Source: a bacterium
Lineage (GTDB): Bacteria; Zhuqueibacterota; Zhuqueibacteria; Oceanimicrobiales; Oceanimicrobiaceae
Reading direction: 5' to 3'
DNA length: 23,168 bases
Assembly (NCBI GenBank): GCA_046757165.1
Contig: JBHHXT010000065.1
Span: 1 to 23,168 of the forward strand
Shown: positions 1-6,376 of the stretch, in pieces
Numbering within the stretch: the first letter of the stretch is position 1
Layout of the letters: every line of letters begins with the position of its first letter
Notes under the pieces: generated by a model
Seen by the model: only the letters and a program-made list of their open reading frames with translations
Database searches by the model: none
What the model was told of the DNA's origin: nothing
Position numbers and translations under genes: made by a program

Positions 1-58
1 CTAAATAGCAACTTAAGTGCTCCGAAATCCCACAACGGCTGAAACGTGTCGTTAGAGC
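1..58 (+). other. Right part of an attC-like recombination site, truncated by the window edge; core GTTAGAG at 51-57
   Basis: GTTAGAGC (51-58) is the exact reverse complement of GCTCTAAC (737-744) downstream of the TA pair, as expected for cassette boundaries. It shares the gtgct..gaaatccc motif with the attC at 1533-1660. Confidence 0.6.
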
Positions 59-71
59 TGAGAAAAATCAG

Positions 72-100
72 TTGAAATAGTCCATATTTTATCCTATATT
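72..100 (+). promoter_or_regulatory. Sigma70-type promoter of the TA operon with probable autorepression operator
   Basis: TTGAAA (72-77), 17 bp spacer, TATATT (95-100). Inverted repeats tccatattt/aaatatgga (81-89/120-128) and tattca..tgaata (97-112) overlap it. Confidence 0.6.
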
Positions 101-135
101 CACACTTGAATAGTGGTTTAAATATGGAGCATAAG

Positions 136-426
136 ATGAAACATCTGAATATCTCAAACGACATTGTCCCCATTGGTGAGTTTAAATCGAGTCTTTCTAA
201 ATGGCTAAAGAATATTCAGAATACTGGACATCCGTTAGTTATTACAAAAAACGGTAGACCTGCCGGTGTTCTGTTATCGCCTACCGAATACGACGAACTC
301 GTCTACAAAAGACATTTTCTTGATTCGGTTAATCGAGGGCTTTCGGATGCTGAATCAGGTAATGTCTATTCGACAAAGGAATTGAAAAAGGAACTCGATA
401 AAAGACGTCAAAGAGGTACTAAGTGA
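136..426 (+). CDS. Type II antitoxin, Phd/YefM family
   Basis: Motif IVPIGEFKSSLSKWLKNIQNTGHPLVITKNGRPAGVLLS is typical of Phd/YefM. GGAG RBS precedes the ATG at 136. It overlaps the toxin start by 4 nt. Confidence 0.92.
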   Translation: MKHLNISNDIVPIGEFKSSLSKWLKNIQNTGHPLVITKNGRPAGVLLSPTEYDELVYKRHFLDSVNRGLSDAESGNVYSTKELKKELDKRRQRGTK

Positions 427-722
427 GGGTCGTATGGACGCAAGAAGCCTTGGATAGATTATCAGACATCGAAGATTTCATTTCGCAAGACAGTCCCCAA
501 CGTGCAGCGAGCTTTGTAAATTACCTGATTCAAAGAGGGGAAGGAGTTTCTAAGAATCCTCGAATAGGGCGAATTGTTCCCGAAATCTCTAATCCTAGTG
601 TCAGAGAAATCATTGCCAAAAAATATAGAATTGTTTATCGAATTCAAGAGAATAAAATCGAAATACTAACGGTCTTCGAAGGACACAAGCTGCTAAGTTT
701 AGAAGAACTGCGCATAGAATAA
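423..722 (+). CDS. Type II toxin, RelE/ParE family
   Basis: VVWTQEALDRLSDIEDFI...NPRIGRIVPE...YRIVYRI...ILTVFEG pattern, 99 aa, translationally coupled to the antitoxin. Confidence 0.92.
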   Translation: MRVVWTQEALDRLSDIEDFISQDSPQRAASFVNYLIQRGEGVSKNPRIGRIVPEISNPSVREIIAKKYRIVYRIQENKIEILTVFEGHKLLSLEELRIE

Positions 723-737
723 CAGCGGCAAATCATG

Positions 738-801
738 CTCTAACGACATAAGAGCTGCAACGGACGCGTTTTTTGCGTCCGCTTGCAGCGAATGGTTGAA
801 C
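738..801. other. attC-like site (64 bp) after the TA cassette
   Basis: CTCTAAC...GTTGAAC cores. Arms gctgcaacggacgc / gcgtccgcttgcagc have one unpaired base in the right arm, so the site may read canonically on the minus strand. Spacers are 9 and 5 nt. Confidence 0.7.
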
Positions 802-1539
802 CCCGACACTCATCATTATGCTCTCAAAAGGAGAGTCGGGGCTGCAGCACCTATTTGGATTTTCAATCAAGATTTTTCGGGAGGAAAACACAGGATATTT
901 GGAGGGAAAGCCAACTTATCTGAGCTGTTTTGCGGGGGGTGCCCAGGCGCTGTGTTTGCCTTGACGATGGTTGACGATGGTTGGGCCACGTTGCACCAGT
1001 TTCCGGGACAGGCCGCACGAGTAGATGGTCAACAGACAGACGCGGTAGCGCTGGAAGCGGACGCAGGAGAGGATGCGACGAATCTCAGAGTGAGTGAGTA
1101 CCACTGGCATGCGCTTTTCCCGGCGGGCGCGCACGAATTTTAGTGTGGGCCAGTCGCGCTTCAGGGTGTTTTCATAGAAGAACTCGATGCCACACAAGGA
1201 GATGGTGCTGGCGGTTCGCGACCACTTCTTGACGTTTTTGACGTAGAGAAAATAATCGCGCAGCTCTTCTTCGGTGATTTGGTCAGGAGACTTGCCGTAG
1301 TGTTCGGCCAGGAGCCGGACGGCACGCACGTACATCTTTTGGGTGCGTTCGGAGTATCCGCGCAGCCCCGAAGGCTTTCGGGGCATGCGCTCTCTGAGTT
1401 TGGTCATAATATACCTCCTTAGAATAAAAGGTGAATATTTGGCATTGGTATATTATGACCTTGAAACCAAAAAAGCCAGCCCTTTTCAGCGGGAGCTGGC
1501 CGTTGAGATAAGCTGCCTGCGCAGCGGGCTCAGTTCAAC
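795..1539 (-). mobile_element. Internally deleted tyrosine-recombinase/IS91-like element bounded by GTTGAAC...GTTCAAC
   Basis: Inverted 7-bp ends, sub-terminal hairpins (ccccgac..gtcgggg at 801-842; gccagc..gctggc at about 1476-1500) and an integrase remnant inside. Confidence 0.6.
916..1407 (-). pseudogene. Truncated tyrosine recombinase (phage-integrase N-terminal SAM-like domain and start of catalytic domain) fused to an unrelated short C-terminus
   Basis: MTKLRERM..LRGYSERTQKMYVRAVRLLAEHYGKSPDQITEEELRDYFLY...PVVLTHSEIRRIL...LLTIYSCGL breaks at the catalytic GLR motif, and no HxxR or catalytic Tyr follows. Strong AGGAGG RBS. Confidence 0.85.
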
Positions 1540-1660
1540 ATGTTCGTGCTCTTGACGGCGGGGCGCCGTGTTTTTATTAAAGTCTGCGCTGGTGCTCAGT
1601 TTTATGCTGTTTGGATAGTCCGTGCTGGAAATCCCGCCGCAAGAGACGATGCCGTTATAC
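1533..1660 (+). other. attC site (128 bp)
   Basis: R'' GTTCAAC (1533-1539) and R' GTTATAC (1654-1660). Arms tcgt(g)ctcttg(a)cggcggg (1544-1562) and cccgccgcaagagacga (1633-1649) pair perfectly except for two extrahelical bases, the attC hallmark. Confidence 0.85.
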
Positions 1661-1692
1661 GGTATAACTTTCCACGCTAATAAGGTAAAAAT

Positions 1693-2898
1693 ATGAGCAA
1701 AAGAATTTTAGTTATGCCTGACGGAAATTGGTTATCGCACACATCGAGACCATTTGAGATAACAAAAGTCCTCAGAGAAATGGGTCACGAAATTGTTTTT
1801 GCCAGTGATGGCGAATATATGAAATTACCAAGAGACGAAGGATTTTCAGTTTTACCTATCAGAACTATTGCGCCAGAACGTGTGTTAGCCTGCTCACGAA
1901 ATGGTAGAGCAAATTGGTTTGACTACGAGCTAATAAAAGAATGCGTAGAACAAGAATTAACCTTGTTCGATCAAGTAAAACCTGATTTGGTTTTAACAGA
2001 TTTCAGGCTACCTTTGAGCACCTCTTGTGAGTTGGCCAATATCCCTTTAGCTGTCATCCTGAATGCCTCCTGGACCGATTATTATTCGGTTAGAGTTAAA
2101 GCGCCTGAACATCTTGGAGTGACACGAATTTTCGGAAAAAGCTTAACAACTTCGTTCTTCCCTTGGGTAAAAGATTTCATCTTAACTTTTGACTCAAAAC
2201 CGTTTAATAAATTCCGGCGTGAAAAGGGATTGAGCCATCGCAAAAATATTTGGGATATCTGGCGGGGAGATTTAAACCTAATTGTGGATATTCCAGAGTA
2301 CGGTCCAACAGAAAATCTTCCCGACAATTTTCATTACATCGGCCCAATAATTTGGGAACCGGAGATGGAATCACCAGATTGGTTAGAAGACTTGGACTCC
2401 GGAAAACCAACGCTCTACTTCACAATGGGAAGTACTGGGCATACCCATTTCTTTGAACAAGCTATCGAAATTTTTGGAGACACGGAATATCAGTGTATAA
2501 TGACGACTGCTGGAATGGCTGCTCTCCATAACATCCCAAATAACTTTTATGTGGTTGACTACGCCCCTGGCAGCAAAATTATGGAAAAGAGTGACCTCGT
2601 GGTTTGCCAGGGTGGGAACGGAACCATTTATCAAGCGATGGCAAAAGGTGTGCCTGTTATCGGTATTGCGACTATGCATGATCAAGAATGGAATCTTGAC
2701 AGAGTTGAGAGCCTGGGAATTGGCATTCATTTAAGTGATTTGAAATTTAAACCTGTCCATCTTGCAGAAGCTGTAGAAAAGATATTGTCGGAAGAAAGTT
2801 ATTTAAAGAATGCACTTCAATATAAAAATATATTGGAAGGATATAACGGGCCTAATCAAGGAGCACAATTAATAGATTCTTATCTAAACAAGACGTGA
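1693..2898 (+). CDS. GT-B fold glycosyltransferase (GT1/MGT or GT28-like), cassette-borne
   Basis: N-terminal SHTSRPFEITKVLREMGHEIVFA. C-terminal LYFTMGSTG...DLVVCQGGNGTIYQAMAKGVPVIGIATMHDQEWN nucleotide-sugar binding motif. AT-rich and flanked by attC-like sites. Confidence 0.88.
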   Translation: MSKRILVMPDGNWLSHTSRPFEITKVLREMGHEIVFASDGEYMKLPRDEGFSVLPIRTIAPERVLACSRNGRANWFDYELIKECVEQELTLFDQVKPDLVLTDFRLPLSTSCELANIPLAVILNASWTDYYSVRVKAPEHLGVTRIFGKSLTTSFFPWVKDFILTFDSKPFNKFRREKGLSHRKNIWDIWRGDLNLIVDIPEYGPTENLPDNFHYIGPIIWEPEMESPDWLEDLDSGKPTLYFTMGSTGHTHFFEQAIEIFGDTEYQCIMTTAGMAALHNIPNNFYVVDYAPGSKIMEKSDLVVCQGGNGTIYQAMAKGVPVIGIATMHDQEWNLDRVESLGIGIHLSDLKFKPVHLAEAVEKILSEESYLKNALQYKNILEGYNGPNQGAQLIDSYLNKT

Positions 2899-2952
2899 AG
2901 AAAGACATCTTAAGTATCATAACATATTGGTGTTTAACTCTACAAAAGTAGC

Positions 2953-3036
2953 GCATAACTTGTGGCTGGTGCCGACGCCTAACTTGGTGCGTTGTGGATA
3001 GATTTCCTGGGCGGCAGACAATTGTTCACGTTAGCA
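2953..3036 (+). other. Degenerate or hybrid attC-like site
   Basis: GCATAAC (2953-2959) is nearly complementary to the cassette-start GTTATAC, and GTTAGCA lies at 3030-3036. The arms pair only partly (tgccgacgcc / gggcggca). Confidence 0.4.
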
Positions 3037-3084
3037 GGTTCAGACGATGAAATCCCCATAGCAATAAGGCGGAGCCGCGGCTTC

Positions 3085-3242
3085 GTCCAACAAAATTTTA
3101 TGCGTAATTGGGCGTGTACGCTTCTTGATTTTGCTGTAGGGTCGCGTTTCGTTCTCCGCTTGAAATCGGATGGTATAGCACGGCTCAACTACGCATCAAG
3201 TCCTTAATGTTTCAACTACGCATAAAATCCTTGATGTTATAT
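3085..3242 (+). other. Long attC-like hairpin with duplicated right arm
   Basis: GTCCAAC (3085-3091). attttatgcgtaattg pairs with caactacgcataaaat. GTTATAT at 3236-3242. The right arm is present twice (3185-3211 and 3212-3238). Confidence 0.55.
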
Positions 3243-3320
3243 TGTTATGTTGTTTATTTTATAGTAGAGTGTTGGCCCTGAGGAACAATTCAACAATAGA
3301 GCAATAGAACAATGGAACAT
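3236..3320. repeat. 8-bp periodic repeat (aacaatag-like) with an inverted counterpart
   Basis: aacaattc aacaatag agcaatag aacaatgg aacat (3284-3320) faces gttatatt gttatgtt gtt (3236-3254). Confidence 0.55.
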
Positions 3321-3328
3321 TTCTTTGC

Positions 3329-4147
3329 CTAGCGACTCCGAAGTTTGTAGAGCATCGGTCTGCTGGGTGCGGCGTCGGCGACAAAGGCAGGAATTTGCAG
3401 ATTTAGGATGTACTGGCCATCCCCAACCTGATCTGGAACAAAGATCATTTCTGTTATCGTCTTCATCGAGTGTGACCGTGGATTTGCGTCATGGCTTTCC
3501 TCAGGCAAATCCCAGAAAATATGATGTGTGGTCATTTTGCCTTCGTCGAGCGTCCGGTCCACGGACGGGATGTCAACCAGAAGATGCTGCACATTCAATG
3601 CACAAACCAGTTGCATGGCTTCGGTTGTAAAATAGGGAGGAGGCGGCTCCGCGTACCGGCGTGACCGCTTGCAGGGGTCGTTGGGCAGGGTGCGCACGAG
3701 CAGTCCCTGCAGAAAGTGCTTGCTGTGTTTAGCAAGTTGACATTCAAGCCGCGCTTTCGTCAGCATCTGGTCTCCCGCTTTTGCCTCCGGACGGCAGGTT
3801 TCCTGACACGTTTCGGCGGGTTCCGGCGCCACCGAAATCAGGGTCGCAGGCATGAAGCTGCTGCGCAGCACCTCGTGGAGTGAGATCCGCTCCAGGGCAA
3901 GATGCCCCACACATTCGGTGTGCGTGCCGTTGCAGTGCGGAATCAGGCGGTACGCCTCAAAATTACAACTGCCCCCCCGTCTGGTGTCGCCAACGAGTGA
4001 ACCGGCCTCGTAGGCTCGGGCGCTGGCAAGCGGGACGTCGTAGGTGTTTGGTTGCTCACCGTTGAAACGCAATGGAATGGAAAGGTCGATAGGGTGGGCT
4101 GCATCGATCTCGTATCGTGTGGTTGAAATTTCGACCTGAATGTTCAT
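3329..4147 (-). CDS. kynB: Cyclase-family protein, probable kynurenine formamidase
   Basis: PIDLSIPL, HCNGTHTE (HxGTHxD/E-like) and HLLVDIPSVDR motifs. The start overlaps the ACMSD stop (TGATG). Kynurenine cluster context. Confidence 0.75.
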   Translation of the reverse strand: MNIQVEISTTRYEIDAAHPIDLSIPLRFNGEQPNTYDVPLASARAYEAGSLVGDTRRGGSCNFEAYRLIPHCNGTHTECVGHLALERISLHEVLRSSFMPATLISVAPEPAETCQETCRPEAKAGDQMLTKARLECQLAKHSKHFLQGLLVRTLPNDPCKRSRRYAEPPPPYFTTEAMQLVCALNVQHLLVDIPSVDRTLDEGKMTTHHIFWDLPEESHDANPRSHSMKTITEMIFVPDQVGDGQYILNLQIPAFVADAAPSRPMLYKLRSR

Positions 4148-5160
4148 CACATAAATCGACTTTTTTCTAAACCGAGCCATGCCAATGCCGAGCCATGCAG
4201 AAGGTTTTCTCTCGTCTGGGTGCTGAGATTCTTCATCGATTCGATCAGTTGACCTGGATGAAGCTCGCCGAGTGGAAACGGATAGTCCGAGCCGAGCGCG
4301 ATCTTGTCCGCGCCGACCAGGTCGATCAAATAGTTGAGCATGGCCGGCTCGTGCACGAGCGAATCCAGATAGAACCTGCCCAGGTAGGTTCTCGGATTGA
4401 CCGGGTTGTCGACAGCGCACAGGTCCGGTCTCACGTTGAAGCCGTGCTCGATTCTACCAATCGTCGCCGGAAATGAACCGCCACCGTGGGCAAACGCGAC
4501 TCTTAGCGCGGGCAACCGCTCGAACACCCCGCCAAAAACCATCGAGCAGATCGCCAGGCTGGTTTCGGCAGGCATGCCCACCAGCCAGGGCAGCCAGTAT
4601 TTTGGCATCTTTTCTTTGCCCATCATGTCCCAGGGGTGCACGAAGACGGCGGCGCCCAGGTCCTCGGCTGCCTGGAAAACTGGAAACAGGGCGGCATCGT
4701 TCAAGTTCCACTCGTTGACGTGGGAGCCGATCTGCACGCCGGCTAACCCCAACTGTTCAACGCACCGCTCCAGCTCTTGTATTGCCAGCTCCGGCGCCTG
4801 CATCGGCAGGGTGCCGAGCCCAATGAACCGCTTTGGCCAATCCGCGACGATAGCCGCGATGTGGTCGTTGAGCCGTCTGGCCAGATCGAGCGTGTCTTCG
4901 GGTTTGGCCCAGTAGCTGAACATGACCGGGACGGTTGAAAGCACCTGCACATTCACGTGGTGCTCATCGCACTCTTGCAGGCGCACGCCGGGGTCCCAGC
5001 AGTTGTGCTGCACCTCGCGGAAGAACTCGCCGTCCCGCATCATTCTTGCGCAAGACGGCTGGTGGTGCTCGAGGCTCACAAAGCCGCCGTAGCCGTATTT
5101 TTCACGCAGGTCGGGCCAGGTTTTGGGCAGGATATGCGTATGAATGTCGATCTTCAGCAC
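4147..5160 (-). CDS. nbaD: 2-amino-3-carboxymuconate-6-semialdehyde decarboxylase (ACMSD, amidohydrolase family)
   Basis: KIDIHTHILP, FVHPWDM, PWLVGMPAET, AHGGGSFP and LGSDYPFPLGE motifs of ACMSD. Confidence 0.93.
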   Translation of the reverse strand: MLKIDIHTHILPKTWPDLREKYGYGGFVSLEHHQPSCARMMRDGEFFREVQHNCWDPGVRLQECDEHHVNVQVLSTVPVMFSYWAKPEDTLDLARRLNDHIAAIVADWPKRFIGLGTLPMQAPELAIQELERCVEQLGLAGVQIGSHVNEWNLNDAALFPVFQAAEDLGAAVFVHPWDMMGKEKMPKYWLPWLVGMPAETSLAICSMVFGGVFERLPALRVAFAHGGGSFPATIGRIEHGFNVRPDLCAVDNPVNPRTYLGRFYLDSLVHEPAMLNYLIDLVGADKIALGSDYPFPLGELHPGQLIESMKNLSTQTRENLLHGSALAWLGLEKSRFM

Positions 5161-5166
5161 AGCCGC

Positions 5167-5703
5167 TCAGCCCTTTTTCATCGGAGGCTGCATCACGCTG
5201 CCACATTTCGCGCAGGTGCGGTACTGGTCGGACTCATGGAATTTCTCCATGACACCGCGCAGTTTGTCGACGATATCGGAAGGTTTGTCCAGGTGAAAAT
5301 ACTCATCGTACAGCTTTTCGCCGCAGTTTTCGCAGAACCACATGCAGCCATCGTTTTCCTCGGAACGACGGCTGCGTTCGATAACCAGCCCGACGGTGTT
5401 TTCCGGACGCTGGGGCGAGTGTGGAACTTTCGCTGGCAGCAGGAAAATCTCGCCCTCCCGGATGGGGATGTCGACTTTTTTGCCATCGTCGATGATCTTC
5501 AGCACCATGTCTCCTTCGATCTGGAAAAAGAACTCCTCCCCTTCGTTGTAGTGGTAGTCTTTACGCTGGTTGGGCCCACCCACTACCATCACGATGAAGT
5601 CCTTTGCTTCATCATAGACACACTTGTTGCCGACCGGCGGTTTCAGCAAGTGGCGATGCTCATCGATCCATTGTGTGAAGTTGAAAGCAGCCAGGTTTGA
5701 CAT
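5167..5703 (-). CDS. nbaC: 3-hydroxyanthranilate 3,4-dioxygenase
   Basis: WIDEHRHLLKPPVGNK, VGGPNQRKDYH, EEFFFQIEGDM, VPHSPQRP and rubredoxin-like CENC/CAKC motifs. GGAGG RBS before the ATG at 5703. Confidence 0.95.
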   Translation of the reverse strand: MSNLAAFNFTQWIDEHRHLLKPPVGNKCVYDEAKDFIVMVVGGPNQRKDYHYNEGEEFFFQIEGDMVLKIIDDGKKVDIPIREGEIFLLPAKVPHSPQRPENTVGLVIERSRRSEENDGCMWFCENCGEKLYDEYFHLDKPSDIVDKLRGVMEKFHESDQYRTCAKCGSVMQPPMKKG

Positions 5704-5812
5704 GTTCGACCTCCCTAAGTTGGTTTTGGTATTGTCAAAAGGTTTCTGACGTTTGTAGTTGACAAGAGCTGTACTTAACATACTTCGTGATTGGCCGCAA
5801 AGCCTAACCCGT

Positions 5813-5894
5813 AACCGCGAATGAGCGCTAATGTACGCGAATGAAAAAAATAGAGTGAAAAACAATTAGCGTGCATTAGCGCTCATTCGCGGTT
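5813..5894. repeat. Long intergenic inverted repeat (REP/MITE-like)
   Basis: 30-bp arms (5813-5842 / 5865-5894), 28/30 complementary, with an internal 10-bp periodicity of cgcgaat/cgctaat. Confidence 0.8.
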
Positions 5895-5968
5895 TGCTAA
5901 AAAACATCGCGGCAGAAACTCTGCATTTTTGTGTAATGACTTCACTTCATTAGGTCAGCTGCCAGAGG

Positions 5969-6376
5969 CTACAGTGTCGCAATGCACTTGAGCTCGATGG
6001 CGATCGGGGTTGGCAAAGCATTGACCCCGACTGTTGTCCGGCACGGCTGATTCTCCTCAAAATACTCGGCGTAGACACGGTTGTAGGCTGCGAAATCATC
6101 CTTGATGTTGGTCAAAAAGACGGTCACATCAACCAGCTTGTCCCAGCTCGACCCGGCTTCCTGCAGAATGATTCGGACGTTCTTGAACACAGCGTGGCAC
6201 TGCGCCTCGATGTCGTAGGCAATCACCTTCCCGTGCTCATCCAGCTCAACTCCTGGAATGGTCTCTGTGCCCCGCTGGCGTGGACCGACGCCTGAAAGGA
6301 AAAGCAGGTTCCCGACTTTGCGGGCATGGGGGTAGAGGCCGACAGGCTCAGGAGCGGCCCTGGAGGTCACGTTCAT
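5969..6376 (-). CDS. RidA/YjgF family protein, probable 2-aminomuconate deaminase
   Basis: APEPVGLYPHARKVGNLLFLSG...PCRTTV..LPTPIAIELKCIA. ATGA overlap with the dehydrogenase stop. Pathway context. Confidence 0.85.
   Translation of the reverse strand: MNVTSRAAPEPVGLYPHARKVGNLLFLSGVGPRQRGTETIPGVELDEHGKVIAYDIEAQCHAVFKNVRIILQEAGSSWDKLVDVTVFLTNIKDDFAAYNRVYAEYFEENQPCRTTVGVNALPTPIAIELKCIATL

Noticed and set aside
796..1143. 115-aa plus-strand ORF as a cassette gene
   Set aside because: It starts within the core site without an RBS and is antisense to the integrase remnant.
916..1407. Integron integrase intI
   Set aside because: The N-terminus matches the IS91-associated integrase type, the gene is truncated before any IntI-specific insertion, and it lies inside the array between attC-like sites.
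2979..3207. Short ORFs on both strands
   Set aside because: They span attC-like hairpins and have no RBS or recognisable protein features.
3185..3238. CRISPR array
   Set aside because: Only two imperfect 27-bp copies with no spacer, and no cas genes.
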